Below the pieces are notes generated by a model that saw only the letters and a program-made list of their open reading frames with translations, did no database searches and was not told the origin of the DNA. Positions 23,753-32,514 of a DNA stretch of 43,470 bases are shown here, piece after piece (position 1 is the first letter of the stretch; every line of letters begins with the position of its first letter). The DNA comes from a virus, in the IMG/VR virus record IMGVR_UViG_3300032883_000247, positions 1-43,470 of that record. The stretch is one strand, 5' to 3'. A program made the translations under genes and the position numbers.

Positions 23753-24927
23753 GAATCCTCGCTCGTTTCCAGGCGATGGCCGCCTCGGAGGTTCTCTCCA
23801 TGATCCCCGCCTCCGAGTACGAGAGGATTAAACAAAGCGATCCCTCGCCGGTCTTCAAGGCCTACGTGATTGGCCATGAGGGCGAGAGCGAGGGGCGTGT
23901 CGTTGGCGGAGGAAACGTCGTCGCGCGGTGGGTGCGCTCGGCGATCGATAAACTCTACAATAAACTCGCGCTCGGGATCGCGCTCTTTCACGATCACGCT
24001 CAAACGAACGAGCACGCGGGGCGCGTGGCGATCGGCGAGATCGTGGGGAAGGCTCTCCGGACGATCAAGGATCGGCTCTCCGTGATCGCCGTCGCCTATA
24101 TCCGGCCGGAGTTCCGCCACCTCCCGCTCGACGTGGCGTCGATCGAGGCAGATCTCCGCTTTATCGAGGATCGAAAGCGGAACGTCTATCAGGCCGACGT
24201 GGACGAGATCACGGGAATAGCCCTCGGCAATTCGGCGGTCAATAAACCGGGCTTTGCCGGCGCGACTCTGCTCGCGCAGGTGCAGGCGTTTGCCGATGGG
24301 AGGTCGAGGCAGAGATCATTTCAATTTGACGGAGGAGGAGAAAACATGACGTTAGAGGAGATCATCGAACACATCAAGACGAACAAGATCCGGCCGAGCG
24401 ATCTATTCGGCGCGGCCACGCTCGTTGAGGATCCGATCGTCAAGGGCTTCGTGGCGGAGGCCGCCAAGACGGCGAGCGGCTCGGAGTACGCGACGCGCAA
24501 ACGGGCGGAGGAGGAGTTCGCCAAGACGAAGACCGACCTCGAGGCGAAGGTGAAAACGCTCGAGGAAAAGACGGCCAAACAAGAGGTGGAGCTCGCCAAG
24601 GGGAAGGTGGGGCCGCTCCTCACGAAGGAGGCGGAGGCGAGGAAACTCACGGATCAACAGAAGAAGTTCATCAACGGCCGCCTGGAGAAGGTCTTTAACC
24701 CCACGAAGGTGGAGACGCTCGAGGCGGATTTTAAAAAGCATATCGACTCGGAGCTCGACGAGTTCAAACGAGAGGCGGAGGTTTTCGGCATCAAGATTGA
24801 GCCGCAAAAGGAAGGCGGAGGCGACGGGAAGAAAACCGGAGCCGAGCCGGCCGATGGGAAACAAGACGGCACGATCGAGGACAAGTATCTCTCGCCGGAA
24901 ACGAACCCCTTTATCCCGCGCGCCTAG
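23749..24927 (+). CDS. putative capsid scaffolding protein (N-terminal globular domain possibly protease-like, C-terminal coiled coil)
   Basis: GTGA coupling. The C-terminal half is a long charged coiled coil (KTDLEAKVKTLEEKTAKQEVELAKGK...). It lies between the portal and capsid genes. Confidence 0.5.
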   Translation: MRILARFQAMAASEVLSMIPASEYERIKQSDPSPVFKAYVIGHEGESEGRVVGGGNVVARWVRSAIDKLYNKLALGIALFHDHAQTNEHAGRVAIGEIVGKALRTIKDRLSVIAVAYIRPEFRHLPLDVASIEADLRFIEDRKRNVYQADVDEITGIALGNSAVNKPGFAGATLLAQVQAFADGRSRQRSFQFDGGGENMTLEEIIEHIKTNKIRPSDLFGAATLVEDPIVKGFVAEAAKTASGSEYATRKRAEEEFAKTKTDLEAKVKTLEEKTAKQEVELAKGKVGPLLTKEAEARKLTDQQKKFINGRLEKVFNPTKVETLEADFKKHIDSELDEFKREAEVFGIKIEPQKEGGGDGKKTGAEPADGKQDGTIEDKYLSPETNPFIPRA

Positions 24928-24985
24928 AGGCGAGTGATCCGGAGGCGCGGGAGGATAGAAGAATTACGAATTTAAGGAGAAAGGT

Positions 24986-25417
24986 ATGAGCTCTCAGTAT
25001 CTGAGAACCGCCACGCCGATGGGCGACTGGCGGTCGTTCAAATTCACGGTGGCTCAATCGGGAGGCGTGGAGGACGGGATACTCATTCTGATCGTGGATA
25101 CGGTCTGCGTTTGTTTCCTCGGTGAGCCGATCCTCGACTCCCAGGGCTGTCGTGTCGATCCGCAGGTCGTTGCCGTGGGCGAGGAGTGCGTCGGCATCTA
25201 TCATGCGGAAAAAGTCCGAGTGGCGAAAGAGACCGGCTCGGGAAACGCCTTCCTCGTAGGCCAAAAGGTCTATTTTAGCGGCGTCTACGGCGATCCGGTC
25301 ACCCCGATCTATACGAGCGGCTACTATTGGATCGGGATCTGCGTTCAGCCGGCCGGTGAGGACGACGAGTACGTCGTGATCGATCTCCTCGGCAACAAGG
25401 CGACCGTGCTCGAGTAG
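24986..25417 (+). CDS. putative head decoration / DUF2190-like protein
   Basis: RBS ttAAGGAGaaaggt. GIYHAEKVRVAKETGSGNAFLVGQKVYF resembles the DUF2190 pattern. It lies immediately upstream of the major capsid gene. Confidence 0.5.
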   Translation: MSSQYLRTATPMGDWRSFKFTVAQSGGVEDGILILIVDTVCVCFLGEPILDSQGCRVDPQVVAVGEECVGIYHAEKVRVAKETGSGNAFLVGQKVYFSGVYGDPVTPIYTSGYYWIGICVQPAGEDDEYVVIDLLGNKATVLE

Positions 25418-25430
25418 GAGGCGAGAAACG

Positions 25431-26486
25431 ATGAAAAGCAGAATCTTTAACCTCGATTGGGAGAAGTTCAACTTCAAAGACCCCGAGCAGAGGAGAATGC
25501 TCGCCGGCGCGCTCCAGTATTTCCTCTCCCTCCCCGATACGTTCGTCCCTCCGCAGTTCGAGAAGGTGCAGGCCTTCGTGAACGCGCGGAAGGAGATCAG
25601 GCAGGCGCAGGCGCAGATGTTCACCACCACGGCCGATTTTCCGGCCTCCGTGCTCCCGATCATCGAGAAGTACCACATCATCCCCTCCTACGATAACGGG
25701 TACGAGCAGATCTTCGATATCCGCGATTTCTCCACCTCCAAACGGAACGGATTCCAGGTGAGCGTCGTCCAGAGCGGCCTCACGTTCAAAAAGATCAAGG
25801 TCGGCGAAAAGATCGACGTCTACCAGATGAGCGGCGACCGGGAAACGTGCTACTTCGATTTCTACGGCGCGGGGCTCGGGTGGCATCGTCAACTGTTTGA
25901 CGACGGCGACTGGTGGACGATCGAGGATAACGCGATTCAGTTCCGGAACAAGGCCTACCACTTCCGGGCGAGCGTTTTCTACGCCCTCCTCGAGGCCGTC
26001 CGCGCCCACAAGAGCGCGTGCATCGAGCTCAGCGATCCCGGGTGCGACGATTGCGATAAACTCGCTCTCGCCGACGCCAACGCGCTGAACGATGCGGCTC
26101 TGACGATCCTCCTCAACTGCCAAAACAAGGGGTACGGCGTCGGGCCGACGAACATCTCGTTTATCGTCCTCACGCCCGTTCAACTCCAGGGGCGCGTGCG
26201 GCGCGCTCTCTCCGTGAATCTCCAGGCCTACTCGGGGTCGGAGAAACAGATCAACTACAACTTCCAACACATCACCACGCTCATGCTCTCGAATCCCAAC
26301 TTCTACTACGTGATCCTCCCCAAGTTCTCGCTCAAGGGCGGGTATCGGATGGATCTGACCCTGTTCAGCGATTTCGATATCCTCTCCTACACGGACACAC
26401 AGGCGGGGTGGCAACGCTACGGCGGGTGCATCGGCGATATCGACCAGATCGAATGCGTCGACGGCACTCTGCCGAGCGGAATGTAA
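25431..26486 (+). CDS. major capsid protein (HK97-fold inferred from position and size)
   Basis: 351-aa ORF with RBS tAGGAGGcgagaaacg, downstream of the scaffold and decoration genes and followed by a strong hairpin. Confidence 0.7.
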   Translation: MKSRIFNLDWEKFNFKDPEQRRMLAGALQYFLSLPDTFVPPQFEKVQAFVNARKEIRQAQAQMFTTTADFPASVLPIIEKYHIIPSYDNGYEQIFDIRDFSTSKRNGFQVSVVQSGLTFKKIKVGEKIDVYQMSGDRETCYFDFYGAGLGWHRQLFDDGDWWTIEDNAIQFRNKAYHFRASVFYALLEAVRAHKSACIELSDPGCDDCDKLALADANALNDAALTILLNCQNKGYGVGPTNISFIVLTPVQLQGRVRRALSVNLQAYSGSEKQINYNFQHITTLMLSNPNFYYVILPKFSLKGGYRMDLTLFSDFDILSYTDTQAGWQRYGGCIGDIDQIECVDGTLPSGM

Positions 26487-26516
26487 GAGGCGCGCTCGAG
26501 GCGTCGAAATTTATCC

Positions 26517-26545
26517 GAGGGGGAGCGGCCTCTCCGCTCCTCCTC
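26517..26545 (+). terminator. strong stem-loop after the capsid gene (terminator/attenuator candidate, weak U-tract)
   Basis: 12-bp stem (gaggggGGAGCGG / CCGCTCCtcctc, one G-U pair) with a 5-nt loop (cctct), followed by attcttc. Confidence 0.5.
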
Positions 26546-26570
26546 ATTCTTCCCGGCGAGAGGAGACGCG

Positions 26571-27425
26571 ATGCACGGGATGATCCGCATCACAACCTCC
26601 GATCCCGCCTATCGGCGCATCATGAACGACAAGACACACGCGAACTATAACTCGTGGCGGCGCGGAGGTAAGAAACCCGCGTGGCAGGAGCTCGCCGATG
26701 GCGCGTGGGCCGGAGAGCCGGCCTTCGTGATCGGCGGCGGGCCCTCGCTTCGAGGTTTCGCCTTCTCCCGCCTCGTCGGCCGGCACGTCGTGGCCGTCAA
26801 CCGAGCCTTCGAATACGCGCCCTTCGCCGAGGTGTTCTATTCGATGGATATCCGCTACTACCGGTGGCTCCTCAACGGCGCGATCGCCGGCACGAGAGAA
26901 ATGTATCTCGGATTCGGCGGGATCCGGATCTGGCTCGACCTTCTCAACTACACCTACGGGCCGGAGGTTCGCTACGTCCCGGGGATCGGGCCGGAGGGAA
27001 TCTCTCGATCTCTCAAAGAGGGAATCTATCACTCGAACAACTCCGGCTACGGAGGGATTCAGATCGCGATCGTGCTCAAGGCGAATCCGATTTATCTCCT
27101 CGGGTTTGATCTCAACGCGAGCGGCAAGACGCACTTCCACTCCGGATATCCGAGGACGAATCGCGTGTCGATCAACGAGCGTTTCCGAGGCGGATTCACT
27201 CGCCTCGCAAGGCCGGCGAGAGCGGCCGGCGTCCGGATCGTGAATTTATCGGCGAGCTCCACGCTCCGGTGTTTTGAGTTCTCATCGATTGACGAGGTGT
27301 TGGATGATCACAACGAGCGGGTTGAAGATGCCGTTATCCCCACAGAAACCGGCGCCCCTCCCGAGGTTGGAGGGCTCACCGACCGCCGCGTTGCTGACGT
27401 TCGCGGAGGGGAAGGCCTGCCCTAG
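26571..27425 (+). CDS. DUF115/MptE-like (Maf-type) putative glycosyltransferase
   Basis: PAFVIGGGPSLRGF...VVAVNRAF...YSMD and SNNSGYGGIQIAIVLKANPIYLLGFDLN match the DUF115 landmarks (GnGPSL ... LiG.Dl). RBS GAGAGGAGacgcg. Confidence 0.5.
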   Translation: MHGMIRITTSDPAYRRIMNDKTHANYNSWRRGGKKPAWQELADGAWAGEPAFVIGGGPSLRGFAFSRLVGRHVVAVNRAFEYAPFAEVFYSMDIRYYRWLLNGAIAGTREMYLGFGGIRIWLDLLNYTYGPEVRYVPGIGPEGISRSLKEGIYHSNNSGYGGIQIAIVLKANPIYLLGFDLNASGKTHFHSGYPRTNRVSINERFRGGFTRLARPARAAGVRIVNLSASSTLRCFEFSSIDEVLDDHNERVEDAVIPTETGAPPEVGGLTDRRVADVRGGEGLP

Positions 27426-27537
27426 AGACGGCCGGCCGATGTATATCAAACGCGCCACGTGTTGGATGCGGCGGCAGGGATTTCGGACGGGCATCAGGTG
27501 CGTGAGGTGCGGATATCAGGAGGGCTACGAGAAATGA
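27328..27537 (+). CDS. small zinc-ribbon-like protein; start uncertain (ATG 27439 would give a 32-aa form)
   Basis: CPRDGRPM...CVRCG gives a Cys pair arrangement. The stop overlaps the cupin gene start (ATGA). The 5' part overlaps the C-terminal tail of the upstream gene. Confidence 0.35.
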   Translation: MPLSPQKPAPLPRLEGSPTAALLTFAEGKACPRDGRPMYIKRATCWMRRQGFRTGIRCVRCGYQEGYEK

Positions 27538-27875
27538 GACAAGGAAAGGTGTGGGGGCAGACGGAGCTCGTTCTCTCGAACGGTTCGCTCTCGATCCACG
27601 CGCTCTCGATCCTCCCCGGAGGATTCTGCTCGGAGCACCGGCATCGCGCCAAGACGAACCTCTTTTACGTGCTCTCGGGTGAGCTCGAGATCACGATCTG
27701 GTGCGGCTCGGGGCAAATCGATCGAACGCGCCTCGGGCCCGGGCAGAGTTCGTTCGTCCCTGCAGGGGTTTGGCATAAGTTCCGCGCCCTCCGCGAGACG
27801 CAGGCGATCGAAATCTACGAGAGCCGGCTCGAGGAGGAGGATATCGAGCGGAGATCCGGGGGAGGTAAGAAGTGA
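27534..27875 (+). CDS. cupin-domain protein (sugar isomerase/epimerase-like)
   Basis: Cupin motif 1 GGFCSEHRHRAKTNLFYVLSG and motif 2 GPGQSSFVPAGVWHKFRA. 113 aa. Confidence 0.75.
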   Translation: MRQGKVWGQTELVLSNGSLSIHALSILPGGFCSEHRHRAKTNLFYVLSGELEITIWCGSGQIDRTRLGPGQSSFVPAGVWHKFRALRETQAIEIYESRLEEEDIERRSGGGKK

Positions 27876-28525
27876 AGGGGCCGGAAACAATCGCTCGAGA
27901 TACGGGCCGTCCATGGATCGTCGTCTCGTTCTTCACCGAGGCGAACGGCTATAAACCGGACGCCCTCCGGATGATCACCTCCTGCGAGCGGCACGGGCTC
28001 GATTATTTTGTCCAGGGCATCCAGGGCGAGGGCTCGTGGATCGGGAACGTGCGCTACAAGCCGGCCTTCCTACGATCGATGCTCGCGCTCCACGCCGGCC
28101 GCGATATCCTCTGGATCGACGCCGATGGCGTAGTCCAACAATACCCCGCTCTCGTGGACGATCTCGCCTCGGATTCGAAGTTTCGGCGATTCCTCCTCGG
28201 CGTTCACTATCGCGCCGGCAGGGAGTTGCTCACGAATACGGTGTTCTTCCGCAACACGGAGGAAACCTTCGCGATGATCGACGCCTGGATCGCGCTCACG
28301 GCGGCGATGCCTGGGACATGGGAGCAGAAGACACTCCAACTCCTCCTCGGGCGCCATCCGGAGTGGGCCGTCTTCCCGCTCCCGGCCGGATATTCGCAGA
28401 TCTTTGATCTCATGCGCTCGGCCGGCAAACCGGTGATTGAGCACTTCCAGGCGTCGCGACGTCTCCGGAGGCCGACGCGGCCGATCTCGACGGGGAGCGT
28501 CACGCCAAGGAATATATGGGGATGA
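27872..28525 (+). CDS. putative GT-A-fold nucleotide-diphospho-sugar transferase
   Basis: GTGA coupling after GGGGAGG. ILWIDADGVV provides a DxD-like motif. The overall pattern resembles the Nucleotid_trans/GT-A family. Confidence 0.5.
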   Translation: MKGPETIARDTGRPWIVVSFFTEANGYKPDALRMITSCERHGLDYFVQGIQGEGSWIGNVRYKPAFLRSMLALHAGRDILWIDADGVVQQYPALVDDLASDSKFRRFLLGVHYRAGRELLTNTVFFRNTEETFAMIDAWIALTAAMPGTWEQKTLQLLLGRHPEWAVFPLPAGYSQIFDLMRSAGKPVIEHFQASRRLRRPTRPISTGSVTPRNIWG

Positions 28526-29205
28526 GAGAAATCGCGATCGTCGTGGCCACGCGCGGGAGGGTAGAGAAACTCCTCCGTTTCCTCCGATCGATCGACGGAT
28601 GCTCGCTCGCTCCGATGCGTGTCCTCGTGGCCGCCGATGGCGATCCCGCCACGATCCGCGCGACAAATGACATAGAGTTTCGGATATTCGCCGGCCGCAC
28701 GGAGCTCGAGACGTATCTCGTATCGCCTCGGCGCGGGAGCGTCGCCTGCCGGAATTTCCTCTGCGAGAAAACCACCGATGCCATCCTCTACGCGACCGAC
28801 GACATGGAGTTTAGGCCGGGCGCGATCGAGGCCGCTTCTCGCGCCCTCGTGGAGCGATTCTACGATGAGGATGGCGTCGTTGGATTTCATCAGGAGGGCG
28901 TGACGAACTACCATCCGAGCGGGGTCGCTCTTGTCGGTGGGCCGTTCGTGGCGCGATATCCGGCGAGGCATTTGTTCTTCCCCGGCTACTTCCATTTCTC
29001 CGCGCAGGAGGTGGGCGCCGCCGCCTCTCATGTCGGCCGTTTCTACCTCTGCCGCGAGGCCGTGCTCTATCATCATCACCCGGATTGGCATCGCGGGGAG
29101 CGGGATAAAACGCACGAGGAGGGGAGGGAGAGAAAGGTGGCGGATCAGGCTCTCTCGAAGAAACGGAAGGCGGCCGGCCTGATTTGGGGGATATCTCGTG
29201 GTTGA
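28516..29205 (+). CDS. GT2-like glycosyltransferase
   Basis: IAIVVATRGRVEKLLRFLRSI...VLVAADGD and YATDDMEF (DxD) fit a GT-A/GT2 N-terminal half. The in-frame ATG at 28522 makes an ATGA overlap with the upstream stop. Confidence 0.55.
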   Translation: MGMREIAIVVATRGRVEKLLRFLRSIDGCSLAPMRVLVAADGDPATIRATNDIEFRIFAGRTELETYLVSPRRGSVACRNFLCEKTTDAILYATDDMEFRPGAIEAASRALVERFYDEDGVVGFHQEGVTNYHPSGVALVGGPFVARYPARHLFFPGYFHFSAQEVGAAASHVGRFYLCREAVLYHHHPDWHRGERDKTHEEGRERKVADQALSKKRKAAGLIWGISRG

Positions 29206-29929
29206 TATCATCATCCCCGCCTGGAATGAGCCGGAAATGACGAACCTCTGCCTCCAGGCCGTCGCCGCGCACACGGGGCCGCGCCATCGCGTGATCCTCG
29301 TCGATAACGGCTCGGAGGAGAAGGCGCGCGACTCGACGCTCACGGAACTCGCGCGGCTCAAGTTCGATTTTTTCCAGATCCGGTTCAAAGAGAACCTCGG
29401 GTTCGCCAAGGCCGTGAACGAGGGACTCCGGCACTCAAAGGCCGAGTTCGTCGTCCTCCTCAACAACGATGTGGAGGTCACGGCGGCGTGGCTCGATAAA
29501 CTCCTCGCCGTGGCCAACCGGTGGAGGAGGATCGGGGTCGCCGGCGTTTTGACGGACTCGGGGAAGATCCAGAACTACCAACGCTTTCACGGCGCGATCG
29601 CCGAGCCGTTCCGCACGATCAACGTGATGAAGATCGGGCCGGTCGACGTCTCCGGATGCGTCCCCTTCTCCTGCGTCCTCCTCCGTTGGGAGATGATCGA
29701 TAAGATCGGTGATCTGGATGAGGATTTCTCCCCGTGCCTCGGAGAGGACGACGATTATTGCGATCGGGCGCGGCTCGCCGGTTGGCGCACCGTGCTCCTC
29801 CTCAATACGCTCGTTCATCATCGCCATCGTGTGAGTGTCTCGAAGATCCCGAACCTCAGAGATATCAAGACGCGAGCCGCCGCGCTCCTCGAGCAAAAGA
29901 GGGCGGCACGGAGGAGACTGAGAGCATGA
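29198..29929 (+). CDS. family 2 glycosyltransferase
   Basis: VDIIIPAWNEPEMTNLCLQAV...VILVDNGSEE...LLNNDVEVTAAWLDKL...GEDDDYCDRARLAGW is the classic GT2 pattern. Confidence 0.85.
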   Translation: MVDIIIPAWNEPEMTNLCLQAVAAHTGPRHRVILVDNGSEEKARDSTLTELARLKFDFFQIRFKENLGFAKAVNEGLRHSKAEFVVLLNNDVEVTAAWLDKLLAVANRWRRIGVAGVLTDSGKIQNYQRFHGAIAEPFRTINVMKIGPVDVSGCVPFSCVLLRWEMIDKIGDLDEDFSPCLGEDDDYCDRARLAGWRTVLLLNTLVHHRHRVSVSKIPNLRDIKTRAAALLEQKRAARRRLRA

Positions 29930-30801
29930 GGATACTGTTCCTGATCCGCCGTTTTGCCGAACTCACCGGAGCGGAGCTCTATTGCTATGAGCTCGGCCGC
30001 TCACTGGTCGAATTAGGCCATCAGTTCGCCGTCATTTCGCCTACGATCGGCGGAGAGATCGCGGCGCGAGCAAGAGATGCCGGCGTGGAGACGATCCCGC
30101 AGGCGGCCGTTAACGGTTCATTAAACGGCGATATCCTGCACCTCAACGAGCCCGGGCCCTCGGCCTTCGGCCTCGCGCGGTGGCCGGCCGTGCCGGCCGT
30201 GGCGACAGTTCACTCACAATGGCCGTGCGAGAGGCCGATCCGGGATCCGAGAATCAAAAAATATATCGCGATCCGAGCCGAGATCGCAGATAAGATCGGG
30301 AGGGAGGACGGGATCGAGGCCGCACGCGTGGTCGTGATCCACAACCCGATCGATCTCGAGAGGTTCAAACCGCGGCCGAAACAGGGACAATCCCACGCGA
30401 TCCTTTTCGTCGGCACGCTCGACTCGCTCCGGAAGGCGGCGATTCGAGACGTGGCGGCCATGGCGAGGCAGAGGAAAATGCAGTTCTGGCTCTGCGGCCG
30501 CAACCTCCACCCGACGATCGATCCGAGGGCGACGTTCGGGGCCACGCACTATTTCCCCGCGCGGTGGGATACGGAGGGCCTGATCGCGGAGGCCGATGAG
30601 ACGGCCGGAATCTTGCTCGGCCGAACGACGTGGGAGTCCTGGGCCTGCGGCCGGCCGGCATGGATTTACGATATCGATCTCGAGGGGAGGATCAAGAGTA
30701 GGACACTCTACCCGCCGCGCCACGATATCGATCGAGCCGAGATCGATCGCCGATTCGTCGCTCGGTGGATCGCGGAAATCTACGAGGAGGCGCGCCGATG
30801 A
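29926..30801 (+). CDS. GT-B-fold (GT1/GT4-like) glycosyltransferase
   Basis: MRILFLIRRFAELTGAELYCYELGRSLVELGHQFAVI is a typical GT4 N-terminus. ATGA coupling. The upstream extension in the ORF track is out of context. Confidence 0.6.
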   Translation: MRILFLIRRFAELTGAELYCYELGRSLVELGHQFAVISPTIGGEIAARARDAGVETIPQAAVNGSLNGDILHLNEPGPSAFGLARWPAVPAVATVHSQWPCERPIRDPRIKKYIAIRAEIADKIGREDGIEAARVVVIHNPIDLERFKPRPKQGQSHAILFVGTLDSLRKAAIRDVAAMARQRKMQFWLCGRNLHPTIDPRATFGATHYFPARWDTEGLIAEADETAGILLGRTTWESWACGRPAWIYDIDLEGRIKSRTLYPPRHDIDRAEIDRRFVARWIAEIYEEARR

Positions 30802-31349
30802 TGACGTCGTTCGTAGAAAATATCCCCGTGATCCTCAACATCGCCGTCGCTCTTAAACCGCGCCGGATCCTCGACGTGGGCTCGGGCTTCGGGAAATTCG
30901 GTCTTCTCCTCGCCGAGGCTCTCCTCTCGCTCCAATCGGAGTCGGGTGAGCTCGAGCCCACGCCGGAGTTCCGGATCGATTGTGTCGAGCAGTGCGATTT
31001 TATGATCCGGCAACCCGCGCACGATGCACTTTATCTCCGCCACTATCATCAGGATTTGTTCTCCGTTCCGCTCGACGATGATTTCGCGCTCTACGATCTG
31101 ATCCTCCTGATCGACGTCGTGGAGCACCACGAGAAGGCGAAGATCCTCCGGTGGATTCGGGACGCGCGCGTGGCCGCGCCTCGCTCGCGGCTCATCGTTT
31201 CCACGCCGAAAAAAGTCTGCTTTTACAAAGAGCACTATTACGGCCGAGACTGCCCTCTACACGTCTCGCAGTGGGCGTGGGCCGATTTCGAGCCCTTCCC
31301 CCACGAGTTCGTCGATACGAAAAACTCCTATATAGCGGTGATCAAATGA
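30798..31349 (+). CDS. class I SAM-dependent methyltransferase
   Basis: Motif I RILDVGSGFGKFG and post-I/II elements (DLILLIDVVEH). ATGA coupling. Confidence 0.8.
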   Translation: MMTSFVENIPVILNIAVALKPRRILDVGSGFGKFGLLLAEALLSLQSESGELEPTPEFRIDCVEQCDFMIRQPAHDALYLRHYHQDLFSVPLDDDFALYDLILLIDVVEHHEKAKILRWIRDARVAAPRSRLIVSTPKKVCFYKEHYYGRDCPLHVSQWAWADFEPFPHEFVDTKNSYIAVIK

Positions 31350-31999
31350 ACCTTAACGTCACGGAATGGCGAGCCCTCCACGCGAAGGGATATTTCAAGA
31401 ATCATCCCTACTACCAGGGAGGGGATCGGGAGAGCGGCACGGATATCGCTGATATCTCCCGTCTTTGGCCTCTGTCTCGCGGCCTGCGGGTCGTTGTCGT
31501 GGGATGCGGCTATGGGCGCGAGAGCCTTCTCCTTGCACCCTACGCGCGCGAAATAATCGGAATCGATATCGACCCCGGCCTCCTCGCCGAGGCGCGCGAT
31601 TCCTTCCTCGCTCCGCGCGGCGTGAAACAATTTACGCCCGTTCTCTACCGCGAGGGATGGGGCGCGGATATCCCGGGCGAGATCGATCTCGTTTATTCGA
31701 GGAACGTCTTCCAACACATCACGCGCGATATCACGATTGACTATCTGAAAACGCTCTCGCTGAAACTCGCTCCAGAGGGGAGGATCGTCGCGCAGTTCTG
31801 TCAGTGCATCGAAACCGGCACGCGAGACGTCGTTCCCGGGCTCGTCTATGAGCCGCAGGTCAACTGGACTCGGGCCGATATCGAAACGCTCTGCTCGCTC
31901 CTCAAACTCGAGGAGGTTAAAATTCTATCGTTGCCGCTCCGGCAGAAAAAAAAGCACTACTATTGGCATTGGCTCTGCTGTGGCGGGGGAGGTGCCTGA
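31346..31999 (+). CDS. class I SAM-dependent methyltransferase
   Basis: Motif I RVVVVGCGYGRES, IGIDIDP and DLVYSRNVFQH. ATGA coupling. Confidence 0.8.
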   Translation: MNLNVTEWRALHAKGYFKNHPYYQGGDRESGTDIADISRLWPLSRGLRVVVVGCGYGRESLLLAPYAREIIGIDIDPGLLAEARDSFLAPRGVKQFTPVLYREGWGADIPGEIDLVYSRNVFQHITRDITIDYLKTLSLKLAPEGRIVAQFCQCIETGTRDVVPGLVYEPQVNWTRADIETLCSLLKLEEVKILSLPLRQKKKHYYWHWLCCGGGGA

Positions 32000-32514
32000 T
32001 GCCGCCGATCGGATGGTTCGTTGATCTCACGGAGGCCGAAACCTATTTTACCAACGAGCGGCTCGAGACGGACGCGTGGGACTCGCTCACGACCGCTCAA
32101 AAAACGAAAGGCCTGTGGCACGGCTACAACCGGCTCTACTATTCTCCGGAGTTCTCGCTCCCGCTCTACGTGGATGCGACGGCCGCTCAACTCGTGATCC
32201 TCAAGAAGGCGCAGGGAGAGATGGCCTACTATCTCGCCGGCCACATTTGGGGAGGCGACGAGGATCGGAGGAAGGGAATCCAGGCGCAGGGAGTGATCAA
32301 GGCCGGCGTCGTCCAAGAGGAGTATCTCAAAGATATGCTCCTCCAGACGCCGATCCCGGGGCCCGTACGCGATTTACTCGATGCGTTCTCCACGGATAAT
32401 TCGAGGATCTTTATCGCCGATCTCGAGAGGAGCGAAAATCTGCCGGCCTCCGAGGCGCCGCCGCGCATTTTCGATTACTCCCTGTTCGATCTTCTCGATG
32501 GCGAGGACTACTAA
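31999..32514 (+). CDS. putative head-tail connector/adaptor protein (gp6/DnaT-like pattern)
   Basis: TEAETYFTNERLETDAWDSLTTAQKTKGLWHGYNRL resembles head-tail connector N-termini. TGATG coupling. It is the first gene of the head-completion block. Confidence 0.45.
   Translation: MPPIGWFVDLTEAETYFTNERLETDAWDSLTTAQKTKGLWHGYNRLYYSPEFSLPLYVDATAAQLVILKKAQGEMAYYLAGHIWGGDEDRRKGIQAQGVIKAGVVQEEYLKDMLLQTPIPGPVRDLLDAFSTDNSRIFIADLERSENLPASEAPPRIFDYSLFDLLDGEDY

Noticed and set aside
29734-29925. Upstream extension of the GT-B glycosyltransferase ORF (track ORF starts at 29734).
   Set aside because: The extension overlaps the 3' end of the GT2 gene and is Arg/Pro-rich. ATG 29926 gives the canonical MRILFL... 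GT4 N-terminus and an ATGA overlap.
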